Assembly (NCBI GenBank): GCA_028534125.1
Contig: CM052818.1
Location: forward strand, 23,934,001 to 23,998,000
DNA: 64,000 nucleotides
Direction: 5' to 3'
Origin: Lama glama
Taxonomy: Eukaryota
The notes beneath the pieces were generated by a model. That model was not told the DNA's origin and did not search any database. It worked only from the letters and a program-made list of their open reading frames with translations. Below are positions 12,710-26,087 of this stretch, one piece after another (within the stretch, counting starts at the first letter, position 1; each line of letters starts with the position of its first letter). The position numbers were made by a program, and so were the translations under genes.

Positions 12710-14406
12710 TGGTAAATAGCTCACAGCATTTTGTCTAGATCAGGAATAGAACAAAAATGTCCACTAGCTCCACTTTTATTCAAGACTGTATTGTAATTTT
12801 GAGTCACAGCAATCAGACAAGAAAAGGAGATAAAAGGCATTCACAAAAAAGTCCTGAATGGCCAAAATGATCTTTACAAAAAGAAAGAAAGCAGGAGGTA
12901 TTACATTCTCTGATTTCAAACCACACTACAAAGCCACAGTATAATATGGTACTAGAAAAATGATTGACACATAGATCAGTGAAACAGAATAAAGGATCTG
13001 AAATAAACCATTGCTTATTTAGTCAATTTGTGATAAAGTAGTCAAGAAAATACAATTGGAAAAGACAGTCTCTTCCATAGATCATTTTAAAAAACTGTAC
13101 AGCTACAAGAAAAGGACTGAAATGTAGAAACTCTTCCTTACCATATACAAAAATAAATCAAAATGGATTAAAGATTTAAATGTTAAGACCTAAAACCATA
13201 AAATTTCTAATGAAGAATACACAGACATTACAGTCTTTTGACATTTGTCTTAGCAATATATTTTTAAATCTGTCTTCAGCAAGGGAAATAAAGGTAAAAA
13301 TAAACAAATAGGACGATATCAAACTAAAAGGCTTTTTTTTGTACAGCTAATAAAACCATCAACAAAGTGAAAAGGTAACTTACTGAGTGGGAGAAGATAT
13401 TTGTAAATGATATGTCTGATAAGGGGTTAGTATCCAAAATATATAAAGAAATCATACAACTCAATATCAAAAAACAAACAATATGATTAATAAATTAGCA
13501 GAGGACCTGAATAGACATTTTTCCAAAGGAGACGTACCAATGGCTTACAGACACATGAGAAGATGCACAACAATCCTAATCATCAGGAAGACGCAAATCA
13601 AAACCACAATGAGATACCATCCCACGCCTGTCAGAAGAGCTGTTGTCAAAATTACAACAAATAACAACTATTGGCAAAGATGTAAAGAATTGTGCACTGT
13701 TGCTGGGATTGTAAACTGGTGCAGTCACTGTGGAAAACAATATGGGGTTTCCTCAAAAAGTTAAACATGGAACTATCATAGGCTCCAGCAATTTCGTTTT
13801 TGGGCATTTACTTGAAGAAACCAAAAACACTAATTTGAAAAGATGTATGCACCCTATGTTTACTGTAGCATTATTTACAATAGCCCAGATATGGAAGTAA
13901 TCTAAGTATATATCAATAAATGAATGGACAAAGAAAATGTGGTACATACAATCAATGGAATATTACTCAGCTGTAAAAATAATGAAATCTTGCCATTTGT
14001 GACAACACAAATGGGTCTCAAGGGGATTATGCTAAGTGAGGTAAGTCATATAGAAAAAGAGGAATAACACATAATGTTACTTATATGTGGAATCTGAAAA
14101 ATAAAACATACATACAAAACAAACATAAAAACCCAGAATCATAGAGAACAGAGGGTGGAGAGGGGAGTAGAGGGAGAAATAAGTGAATGGAATTTAGAGG
14201 CACAAACTTCCTGTTATAAAATTAGTAAGTCACAGGGATGTAATAGACAGCATAAGGAGTAGATCAAATAACACTGTAATAACATTATATCGAGACATAT
14301 GGCTACCAGACTTACCATGGTGAACACTGTATAATATATGTAAATGTTGAATCATTATATTATATATCTGAAATCAATGTGATTTTGTCAACTATATTTC
14401 AATTAA
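12709..14406 (+). mobile_element. L1 fragment (ORF2 RT/C-terminus and 3'UTR) with internal deletion at ~12844
   Basis: ORF 13483-13764 ([46 protein letters not shown]) is L1 ORF2 C-terminal sequence; 3'UTR ends TCAACTATATTTCAATTAA. Confidence 0.9.
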
Positions 14407-14500
14407 GGACTTTCTGATGACATAAAATTAAAAACAAGGAACAAGGCAAACACTGTTAAAGCTACCCTTGGTAAGTTTTTTTTAACCCAGAAATAAAATA

Positions 14501-16023
14501 CTGGTATACCTCAGAGATTGCAAGTTTGGCTTCAAACCACTGCAATAAAGGGAATATCTCAATAACGTGAGTCACAGGAATTTTTTTTGGTTTCCCCATG
14601 CATACAAAAGTTATGTTTACACGATACAGCTGTCTATTAAGTGTGCAATAGCATTACATCTTAAAAAAAACCAATGTTCATGCCTTAAATAAAAAATATT
14701 GCTAAAAAACATTAACCTTCATTTGAGCCTTCAGGGAGGTGCAATCCTTTTACTGGGGGAGGGTTCTGCCTCGCTGTTGATGACTGCTGACTGAATAGGG
14801 TGGTGGTTGCTGAAGGTTGGGGTGGCTGTGACAATTCCTTAAAATAAGACAAAAAGTTTGCCACGTGGATTGACGACTCCTTTTGCAAATGATTTCTTTG
14901 AAGCATTTAATGCTGTTTGATAGTTATTTACCCACAGTAAAATTTCTTTCAAAATTGGAGTCAATTTCGTCAAATTCTGCTGCTGCCTGATCAACTAAGT
15001 TTTTGTAATATTCTAAGTCCTTGCTGTCATTTCAACAGTCTTTATAGCATCGTCACCAGGAGTAGATGCCACCTCAAGAAACCACTGTCTTTACTCATCC
15101 ATAAAAAGCAACTCCTCATCCCTTACGGTTTCATCATGAGATTGCAGCAATTCAGTGACATCTTCAGACACCACTTATAATTCTGGTTCTCTTGCTGTTT
15201 CTACCACGTTTGCAGTTAACTTCCTCCACTGGAGACCTAAATGCCTCAAAGTCACCCATGATGGTTAGAATCCACTTCTTCCAAACTCCTGCTAATGACC
15301 TCTTCCCATGAATCACAGGTGTTCTTAATGCCATCTAGAATGGTGAATTCTTTCCAGAAGGTTTTCAATTTACTCTTCCCAGATCCATCAGTGGAATCAT
15401 TATCTGCAGCAGCTAGAACCTTACTCAATGTCTTCTTAAATAATAAAAGACTTGAAAGCTGAAATTACTCCTTGATCCATGGGCTGCAGAAGGGATGTTG
15501 TGTTAGCAGGGATGAGGACAACAGAGAACTCATTGTACACAGTCATAAGAGCTTTTTGATAATCAGGTGTACTGCCATTGAGCAAGGATATTTTGAAAGG
15601 AATCTATTTTTTTCTGAGCGGTATGTTTCAACAGTGGGATGTAGCAGATGTGCTGTCATCCAGGCTTTTTTGGTCCATTGATAGAGCACAGGCAGAGTAA
15701 ATTTAGCATAGTTCTTAAGGGCCCTAGGATTTTCAGAAGGGTAAATGAGCACTGGCTCCAACTTAAAGTCACCACTTTAATTAGCCTTTAACAAGAGAGT
15801 CAACCTGTCCTTTGAAGCTTTGAAGCCAGGCATTGGCTTGTCTCAAGCTATGAAAGCCCCCAATGGCATCTCCTTCCAGTATAAGGTTGTTTCATCTGCA
15901 CTGAAATCTGTAATTTAGAGTAGCCACGTTCATTAATTACGTTCGCTGGATTTTCTGGATAACTTGCTGCAGTTCCTACATCAGCTCTTGCTGCTTCACC
16001 TTGCACTTTCATGTTATGGAGAC
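14501..16023 (-). mobile_element. Tigger1 (TcMar-Tigger) DNA transposon, 3' ~1.5 kb including decayed transposase
   Basis: TA followed by TIR-like CTGGTATACCTCAGAGAT at 14501; ORF 15543-15761(-) [35 protein letters not shown] is Tigger1 transposase; the other end is missing. Confidence 0.92.
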
Positions 16024-17213
16024 TAATGGAAAAATACCAATTAAAACATTTTTCTCAGATGACAACTTTCTTACTTTGTACTGACAGGTGTTGTTTAAAC
16101 GTGTTCTTCTGTGTGTATAATCCTCTGTATATAGTATGTAGTATTTTGATCATTGTGCTATGATCAGAAAGGAGCAGTACAGATTTTATATATGAATTAC
16201 GCACTCCCAGTAAGTGAATATTTATGTCAACTAACCAAAATTTTGCAGAAGCTCAGTACAGGAAGAGTAAATCATTAGATCTCCACAAAACAGTTACGCT
16301 GTTCACATTTCCACTAAAAAATGCTTGCTATATTCATTTACTAGGAGACAAAAAAGTAGTGTTAAAACTTTTTTTTCTCACTTTGTAATTTTTCTTATAG
16401 ATGTATATGAGCTGCAATGTCATAGACACATAGCTTATATGTGTACAGGTTAAATATTATTATAATGAGAATAGCTAAAAGTCATTTTTCCTTAAAAGGA
16501 ATCTTTTTATTACCCAAGTCTGAGAAATGTCTAACAAGATCTTTGAAAATGCTGTTATAATTGTGTTATAACTCTGTAACTGGTAACGATATTTCTGTCA
16601 AAAATAGTATTTCATTTAAATTCAATTTAGAAGTGTTACTTGCTTGAAGTCATAATAGTCCCTCTGGTTGTTTATTATAAATATTCAATATTTTGGTGTT
16701 ATAAACTAAGCAAGGCTTATTGGATTGGCTTGCCTTGATAAATAACTGTAACTTCAGACACTGAGAAAACTCATTTCTGCTTTACAACTCACAACTTATC
16801 AAACATATCAGAACAAAAGCAATCCACAAATGGGAATTACTGATATGTATGACATGAGTTTCGAAAAGCTGGCAGCAACAGTATACATTTCTTAAAAAAA
16901 AAAACTAGGTATTTAAAATATATTTCTGGTAATTTCCCTGTTGGTTGAGTTCAACACAAGGTTTTGTTAGCAGTGGGGATACTTAATGAGAAAAGTATGA
17001 AGTATAAGAAAATTCCGTTAGTCTATTTGTTATGGCTAATGCTAAACCAGTATAAAGGCATTTCCTGATGATTTCTTTATGCCTCTCCATTTCAATAAAC
17101 CTGAAAGATATAGCTCATGCCTCCAAGGGAAGACGACAAGCTGTCTGGGAACCTGTTCAACCTTGGAAAACAGGAAAAACAACAAAACAAGAATGTCTAT
17201 TGAAGAAAGATAA

Positions 17214-17519
17214 TTTTTTTTAAATTGAAGAATTATTGATGTATAATACTGCATTAATTTCAGGTATATTATGTAATGATTTGATCTTTGTATACATTAT
17301 GAATGATTACCATGATAAAACTAGTAACCATCTATTCCCATATAGTTATTACAATATTATTGACCATATTCCTTATGCTGTATATTACATCCCCAAGACT
17401 TATTTATTATGTAACTGGAGGTTTGTACTTCTTAATCATTTCATTGATTTTGCCTACAATTTCCTGCTCTGTTCCCCTCTGGTAACCACCTGTTTGGTTT
17501 GTTGTCTGTATCTATGAGT
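17214..17519 (-). mobile_element. Short L1 3'UTR
   Basis: T-run followed by AAATTGAAG...ATATTATTGACCATATTCCTTATGCTGTATATTACATCCCC...CCCCTCTGGTAACCAC. Confidence 0.85.
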
Positions 17520-19639
17520 GGTGGGAAAGTCAGTGACAATAGCTTTTGTCCACTAGCTCCACCTCTGTTCAAAGATGCTGATGACTCAGAGTTAACTCTG
17601 TGAAGACTGGTGGGATCTTACATGTTTAATAAATCTTCCCAGGGTAAAAAGCTTCCTTAAAAGATCAGTAAATGGAGATCTAGAAAAATAAAATTTAAGA
17701 GAATCTAAATATAGAATACTTTTTCAGTTTAGATACAAATATCTAGTTATTTTAATGCCTATTAATTCTACTTAACTAAAAACATTGTATTTGGAAATGT
17801 TTCAAATACTCTGTAGAAAAGTATATTTCACTTATGCTGTAGTGTTTTCAGACAAAATAGTCTAATGGAAGATGGTCCAGAATCCATGGCTCATTAATAC
17901 ATTGTTCAACATTCTGAATAAATAGGACAATCTTCAAAAGTAAGCATAAATATTTCTACAAAATTCTATGTTTACCAACCTCAGTTCCTGGATGTTTATG
18001 TATTTTGGAAGCATCGGTGTCCTTCTTGACCCTCTGACAGTAGAATAATTGTGCATCCCACAAAGATTTTAGTTTCCATAAGCCTGATTGTAGCAAGTGG
18101 AAACTGCGTATCATTATATTCTGAGATTATACTTGTCAGGAAGAGAGTTACATGATCATTCTGACCTAAAGGTTAATACACATTGGATCCTTTGCATATA
18201 TTCTTCAACCCTGCATTATGAAGGAAAATTTTAGTAGTTAATCCTTAATCTGTGCTAAATTTCATTATTAAAATAAGAATTCTTACATAGTTTCAAATTT
18301 TTATCACTAATACAGGACCTGTTTCTTTAATCACAAATACACAAAATTTCTTTCTCCACTTTTATGCTAGAAATGCATTTGTGTGTTCTCACACAAAATA
18401 AAACAAAACAAAATCATCTCTCCAATTCTCCAATTCCCCTATGAGAGCATAAATTCAACTGAACAAGAAACTTGAAGGTTGATAATATTCCCATGAGATT
18501 TTTAACATTAGAAGGAATGTGCTTCTTAGGAAATTACTTTTAGGAAGATAGGATGCACTTTTTCAGGCAGAGATTTCCTTTTGATGTGAGCACAATTCAT
18601 CATCACATATAGTAATTCTACGACATTTGGGGAAGACAGGCATCACCAAACATACATACACATGTGGTCTATGAAAATTATGGCTTGATTAGATTTTTGT
18701 TTACTTTCAGGAAATTCTATAGCTTCTTGGAATCATAAGTTTCAGAAGAAAAAAGAATGATTCCTATTTTCTGGGAAAGCAAAGCAAAGGAACTTCTCTT
18801 TACAAAATGTCGACATGATCTTCCAATAATGTCCATATACTATTGGATGTTGGGTCTTCCTTCTGTATTTTCTTTCTCCCTCTGTGAAGGCTAAAAGTGA
18901 CAGAATGGGAGAGAGAGAGAGGTATACTATAGAGTACAGGATTCTTCATCATCAATTTTAATCTCCTTGCTGTCTTGGCTTATTATCTGATGCATGGCAC
19001 AGGTATGAGATACCTAACCAAAAGATGTATTTACTAGAAATAATATTTAAAATATGGTATTCTAAAACTTGTATTTATTTAATAAGTATATTTCCATTAA
19101 TTTCTTGCCAACTGTTATTATAGAAGATATACTATACAATGTTTCTCAATTCTTAGTCATGATTTTCTCAATCCTGAAAAAAGACAATGGTGTCTAGATA
19201 TTCAAAGGCCAGGTAACAGTCTCATGTATTCTATCAAGATTGATCAAGTTTGTTAAAAAGGGTCTTATAAGATTCTATTTCTTAACCCTATTTCTGAAGC
19301 CTTAACCCAGAATCTTCATAAAATGTATTATAAACGCAGTAATGTAGAATTTTAGTTAAATGCCGATTAAGACATGCCTGTTTCAGAAAAGACATTTAAA
19401 GTGCGTTACAAAATATTGAGGTGGCTTAAGTTAAAAGCAGAAGGATAAATAAGATAAGAGAGTTGGACTATAAGAGAAAACAAGAAATAAGATTTAAAAT
19501 GTCTTAAGTAGAAGTCTAAGTAACTAGAGTAGCTAAAGAACAAAACAAAACAAAACAACTTTACATTGTGTATCAGTGTGCAGTGTATGCAGAAATTAAA
19601 TCTAACTGCCCACATTTAAATATTACTTCTTAAAAGTGT

Positions 19640-20015
19640 TTTATTAAAGTATAATACAGGAAAGTGCAGCTCGAGGAACTTCTACATGTATATGTGCACT
19701 CAGGTAATCAGCCAGATTAAGATACAGAACATTTGAAAAAGCTCCCCCATGCCCCATCTCAGTGTATATACTGCACACCCAGTGGTAACCACCGTTCTTT
19801 CTAATCAACCACAATAGGTTAGTTTTTGCCAGCTCTTAGACTTCATATAAAAAAATCATACAGTTTGTATTTTATGAAACCATCTTTTCCTCAATCTTAT
19901 ATCTGTGATATTTATTTATACTATTGAGTATAACAATCATTCATTCTTTATTTCTAAGTAGCATGCCACTAACAGGTATACGACAAATCATTTCTATAAA
20001 CATGTTACTGGTGGT
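19640..20015 (-). mobile_element. Old L1M (L1ME/MD-like) 3' end
   Basis: CAGATTAAGATACAGAACATT, GGTAACCAC, TTAGTTTTTGCC...CTTCATATAAA motifs. Confidence 0.65.
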
Positions 20016-21545
20016 GGGCAGTCCAAGGCTCCTGTTTCTCACTACCCAGGTTATTCAAGCACGCCCACATAGACTCTATTGATAAGTCTCACTTCTAAAG
20101 GAGAAGGAACAGTGGTGAAACCAAAAGTGGAAGATCCTCATCTTTTATCCATTAGGATGATGCTATTTTTTTGTTCTCTACACTTCAGTTATCCTAAGGA
20201 AATAAACCACTGAGCTCACAATTCAAAAGCCACAGTGAGCCACTCCCTTAATAGAATGGCAGGATTCAATAACTAATAAACATGAATCAACTCTGGGCCC
20301 AAAGAGAAAGAACAGGAAGGGGATGTGGTGTTAACAGAGATATTTTAGGCCATTCTTCAGGTGGAAGGACACAAGAAACACACAAGCAGTGGGGCACATA
20401 TTGATGGATGTGATTTGAGAAGGATGTTACTAAGAGTGTTACTTCAACTGGTGCATGTTAGAACTCATAACAAATTCAGGTTCAAAAGTTCCTTTGGCTC
20501 TACAGGTATTTATACATCATTTGATCTAAAAACATGTTCTTAGCTTTTGCAAAGAGTTCAAGTAATTTTCCAAACTGTATATACGTAAAGCATATTTTAT
20601 GTAATTAATTTATCATGGTTTATTTCCTGTTATCCTATACCTCCAGATTTTTCCTTGACTAGGGACCTGGATGACAGCCTTTTCACTCTGAGGTATGGTT
20701 TGCATTTCAGCAAATAAAATGGTATGTTTTACAAGATCAAGCTCATTCTTGTGGTAGTCATGTTTTCCTTCCTGTAGCAATTAAGTGTGCTTTGATTATA
20801 AACATGTTTCACAAACCTTAAAAGCTTTGATAGAAAACATATACAAAAATAACTTTATTGCATTCCCTAAAGTTTTGTTTTTGTGTGCTTTTGTATTCCT
20901 AAAATGGTGAGAAATTTTCTCACTGCAAGATACTGACTTTTAAAGAAAGAATAGGCATTTCCCAATTATGTGTTCCATTTTGCTTCCAATTTTCTCTTAT
21001 TTAGTGAATAATTTATTCACTCTTGTTTCACTCCACCACACTCCAAAAATAAAACTATACTTTCTTGACTTACTTTTAGTACTACAAAAATATTGACATT
21101 TATAGATAAATCAGTTGTTCACACAGTAAATCAATACATCATAAATTATATTTTAAAACTAATAAGGTATCTATAATTTATAGGTATGATTATTGATGTT
21201 TTATAAATATTATTTTTACCATCTGTGATGTTAAGATAAATTAACCAATTAAAATATTTGATTTGGTTAATAATCCATTAGTGCTTCTACCCTTTACAAC
21301 ATTTTTTATTTTAGTTGTACACCATTCAAATAAGGAAAAAAATTCACTTTTTGAGAAAATATTATAAAAGCATGATGCTCAATTTTGTATAAATAATTCA
21401 ATAGCCTTATATTTATATATGGATTATAAGTTGCTGTGGGTTTTTTTTAATAAAGAATCTTTACTCTGCCACTGAAAGAATGACAATAAGCTCTTATTGC
21501 ACTGAAATGCGTCAATTTTTCTCATTCTTTTAAAATGCTTGTTTC

Positions 21546-21768
21546 CAAAACTATGGTTACCAAAGGGGAAAGGGGGGAAGGGGTAAGTTAGGAGTTTGGG
21601 ATTAATATATATATAATAGATAATTAAAAAGGGCCTACCTATAGCACAAGGAACTGTATTCAATATCTTATAATGACCTATAATGGAAAATAGTCTGAAA
21701 AAGAATATATATACTTTGCTGTACACCTAAAACGTAAATCAACTATGCTTCAATTAAAAAATGAAAAC
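21546..21768 (+). mobile_element. Short L1 3' end with 14-bp TSD
   Basis: TATGGTTACCAAAGGGGAAAGG...ATAGCACAAGGAACTGTATTCAATATCTT; TSD AAAATGCTTGTTTC at 21532-21545 and 21769-21782; TTTT/AAAA endonuclease site. Confidence 0.9.
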
Positions 21769-22019
21769 AAAATGCTTGTTTCTATATCATAGAGCAAATC
21801 TGTTGCTTTAAAAACAAATTTTAAAAGACAATCCATTTAAAAAAATAGAAATTCCTAAACTTTACATTATTCTAAAATGCTCACTTTTCATTGTGCATTT
21901 TTTATGGATTAATATATTGTGATGCACTGATAATCTCCTTTCAATAATTATTTCAAATTCTTGCTGTTTTAGATTTGCCAACTAAACTTTAGAAAGGGAC
22001 TAGTCATTAACAGTACCAA

Positions 22020-23230
22020 CTGACTATGCTGTGTTAAGCATAGTTTTGTCCCAACTAACCTCATTTTCTTTGGTGACAAGATTAGCAAACTGCACGTTGC
22101 TGACAGAGTAAATCTTAATTTAATTTAGACGTTCTCAAACTCATGGTATCTTGTCTAAAATACTGGGGAGCTATGTATGTACTGTATGATGAGGCAGTAC
22201 ATCTGAATAGAAAACCTTCGAAGAGCACGGATTAAGGGATTCATAGGCAATGTGTAGGGTGGTCTTTCATGGACTGATACAGAGCCGTCGATGGCTTTAT
22301 CAACAATGTGGAAGATAACAGAGAAGGCATGGTTACCAAATTTATGAATGACTCCAAACTAGAAAGGTTAATCAATACATGAAATAAGATGCAAGACCAT
22401 GTCTATGACTATGACGAGGCATGGCAAACTGATAAAGCTTGAAGGTACGAATGTGGAGTATGAATTCTACACTAAAGGATATATAAAAGTAGTAGTGGAA
22501 ATCAGCTTAATAATGAGTATGTGTGGTTGTTTGTGTATGTGTGTGTGTGTGTGTGAGTATGTTCCCCTGTGCATTATGGTAGTAGACTTAGCAGTTTTAT
22601 TCACAGACAAATTTAGTGTTAACTAAGAATGTCAGAGGACAGGTAGAAGCACATGGAAGCTTCAGTTGCATTCATTAAAACGTTATGTTTTGAGGAAGAG
22701 AAAGACGGACTTCTCTATGCTCTCTCTGGTTGCCCCACAACATTATGTACATGTTTGGGAACCACATTTTAAGATCAACAACAAAAACCTGGATAACTTT
22801 TCCATCAGTGGTGCTTAATCTTATCATAGATACTCTCTCACTGGGAATCTACAAGGAGCTATATGGATATCTCCCCCAGAAAGGTGTGCTTAATATCTAC
22901 ACGCAACATTTTATTTACAGTTTCGGAAGGTTGGCAGCAGAGATTAAAAATCTCTGATCTAAGGCCAAGTGGTGAGGTGGTGAGCGTTGTTTATTTTCTA
23001 ACACATGAAAACGGTTAAAAGAACTGGAGATGTTTGGTCTACAGTAAAGAACACCAAAAAGGTAAGGATGAAATAGCTGCCATCAAAACATTGAAAGAAT
23101 TTCATGTTCAGAACTTTTTATATTTATTTTATGTATCTCCAATGAGGAGAATAGAAACACTAGAGAGACATATTTTGTCTAAGTAGAAAGAGGATAAATG
23201 ATAGGAATTTAATTCAGTTTCACATTCAAT
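22020..23230 (+). mobile_element. L3/CR1 LINE relic (fragmented)
   Basis: CAACTAACCTCATTTTCTT; ACCAAATTTATGAATGACTCCAAACTAG (degenerate KFADDTKL motif); GGTTAAAAGAACTGGAGATGTTTGGTCT. Confidence 0.65.
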
Positions 23231-24644
23231 CAGTGCTTTCCACATGGTATGCTAGACTGGGAGGGGAAATGTAAATATCAAATGAATAAAACATAGTCTC
23301 TTTCCTTAGTCTGTTCAGAGAAGAAAGTTTCAGCCGAAAAAGCAAATCTCCGTTAAGGAGGAATTGAGAAAAATGTATGTTAGCTCTTTTATGAGTATAC
23401 GGTATAGATATAAACCTGGAATAGATTTCCATCACAAGGAAAATAATGATTTCAATGGTCTCGATTAGTAATGCAAATAGATAGTATATTAGTAGGACTC
23501 ACTGTCGCATGAAAAAGATGTGACAGTAACTCTTATTCCGAAGTTTTCCAGAACGCTTATTCTGAAACTTCCTAGGTCTGCAGAGGTGATAGCTGGAGTA
23601 TGGAGGAAAAGGTGTGCCTACTGGCCAAGAAGCATCTTGATAAAAAGGAATCCAGATTTCTTTCTCTTTGAGAATCCACTTTATTAGAATGTCTGTCATA
23701 GATGGAAATGTTCTGGATGGACATTTGTTTGCAGGAAAAGGACCTCCACCTAAATTCATCCTAAAATGTGACAGCAGACCCTAACTGTCCTTAGGTGAGA
23801 GCTGCTTCTAGTCGAGCATGCTGGTGAGGCTGAAAACCCCGCCCGACCCAGCCATGTTGACAGAGCAGTTCTATTTTAAGTACAATGTTTGAGCGTGCTG
23901 CTATAATCCAGAAGAACTGTGATCTTGGGAGCACAGAGTCCTGGGAGGTATTTCTGCAGTCTCTTTAGGTACTTGGGGCTGGAAAAACTGTCTGTGAGCC
24001 GCTGAATGCCATCTCCAACAGGGACAGTTTTGGGTTGCAACAGAAACCTTAACATCTGGAAAGCGGTCACGATGCGCTGTGCAGCCCTGCCTCTCCTGGC
24101 GGGCACATGAAGGATTACCCTTTGAAGTTAATCAACTCTGAGGAGCTTTGAGAACTTTGGGCTAAGGGGTGTAGAAAAGAGGGAGGTGCTGGTCTTCTTG
24201 TTGTGTGTTAGAATTAGTTAACAAAAAAAGAAAGAAAATTTCCTCAAAATGTCACTGAATCCCAAAGGGAGTATACCTAAATTTGTAGGTTTGCATTTTT
24301 GTCTGGACTTGTCTATTATAAATGAGAGTAGTGGTGGAAACTGAAAAGAAGACAATAATGCTCTGGTTTATTTCTACACATTAAAATCTAAAAACGATGC
24401 TAGAAGGAAATGAGATCAATTGAGATAATGTACTGCTCCCTGCAAAGGGCCTGATCATCTTGAATAGTATCTTGAGTCTCTGTTCAGTTGACTTACTATG
24501 AAAACTCTAACTCTGAATAATAACAGAACAGTCTTTCTTCAGTGGATGGACATGATTATCAAATTGACTATACCCCACTCCACACTAATTAAATATAAAT
24601 CCGTGCATTTGGTGCCTAATCACCAATACACATTTTTTAATTAA

Positions 24645-24875
24645 TACAAATTCAGGTAATTTCAATGTGCAGCCAGGGTTAACAACCATTATTACAGAGC
24701 AATGATTCTAAAAATGCGGTGCAGTAACATCTAGTATCACATGGGAACTTGCTGGAAATGCAAATTCTCTGGTCTAATCCTGACCCCACTTAATCAGAAG
24801 CTGTTCAGGGAGAGGGTGGTTGTACATCTCACAATCAATATTTTAACATGCCCTCCAGGTGTTTCTAATGCCATA
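24645..24875. mobile_element. MER5A/MER5B-like hAT-Charlie MITEs
   Basis: ATCACATGGGAACTTGCTGGAAATGCAAATTCTC...TTTTAACATGCCCTCCAGGTG, preceded by CAGGTAATTTCAATGTGCAGCCAGGGTT. Confidence 0.75.
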
Positions 24876-25179
24876 AAGTCATATAAAGAGTTGCAATTTT
24901 TCTACTAATTAATATGAATAAGATTTGCTCATTAACCAATTAAAACCAAGAGGTGATCTCAGCGTAAAGAAACATACTTTGTTTCTTTTGTATCCACCCC
25001 AAATTTAGATAAATATGTAAAACATACATCAAGTTCTTAATGTGCTAATTAACTTGCCCCTGTGTATTTGAAGGTTATATTTATGCCTAAAATGATAAAA
25101 TACTGATCATCTTCAAAGTCACTTGCTTCTTAGACATGTTTTTTCTTCTGTAGCAGAGGTGAGTAAGGATAGATAAATT

Positions 25180-26087
25180 CCTGCCATTCACTTATTCAAC
25201 ATCTATCCATTGACTGTGTACTATGTGCCAAGTACTATTCTAGGTCATGAGGATACCCAATGAGCAAAATACACAAATTTCCCTGCCTTAGAAGAGATAA
25301 CATTCTGGTGGGGGAATCAGAAAATAAGCCATAAACATAAAATTATGAATTATATAGTTGATATTGACAAGTACTATAAAAACTAAAGAGCAGATAGGTT
25401 AAAGAGAGTCAGAATTGTGAGGATGAGGGAGGTGGGAGAGGCCATGGGCAATGCTAAATAGAGAGGACAGTGTAACCTGTTGAGAGAAAGTGAGATTTGA
25501 GCAATGACTGGAAGGAGGTGAAGGAGGTGAAGGAGTGAGCCTAGCAGATAGCTGTGTGATGAGCTGTCTGGGGAGAGAGAACAAAGAGAATAAAGCCTCT
25601 AAAGCAGAAGCACGTCTGGAAGGTTTGAAGACCATCATGGTGGCCAGCATGGCTGGATCCGTGTGAGCGAAGGCCAGCAGTGTGAGCAGAGAGGAGGTGA
25701 GAGAAACAGCAGAGGGCCAGAGCAGGGAAGGCCTTGCAAGCCATGTGGAAGGACTTTGGCTTTTACTCCAAGTCATATGGGAAGCCATTGGCGTGGCATG
25801 ACCTGACTTAAATTTTAAATGAATCACTCTAGCTGCTGAGTGAGAACAGATGGGGGTGCAGTAAGGGGATTAACAGGGTAGTGAGTCAGAAGGCTCTGGC
25901 AATCATCTAGGACAGAAAGGATGATTGCTCAGATTAGGGTGCCAGCAGAGTATCTGGTGCTAAAGATTCTAGATATCTTTTCAAATTGGAGCCAACAGAA
26001 TTTGTCTATGAAACAGGTGTAGGTGGGCTGAGAAAGAGGAATCACAGATCATTCTAAGGTTTTTCCCTTGGGCAACTGGAAGGATGT
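25180..26087 (-). mobile_element. L2 LINE 3' end
   Basis: CATTCACTTATTCAAC...TACTATGTGCCAAGTACTATTCTAGG; GGACTTTGGCTTTTACTC; GGGCAACTGGAAGGATG. Confidence 0.85.

Noticed and set aside
15543..15761. Possible domesticated Tigger transposase (TIGD-like gene)
   Set aside because: Only a 72-aa open stretch; the element is truncated, lacks the N-terminal DNA-binding region and is frameshifted
25399..25827. 142-aa minus-strand ORF
   Set aside because: Entirely within an L2 relic; low-complexity Ser/Leu/Pro composition
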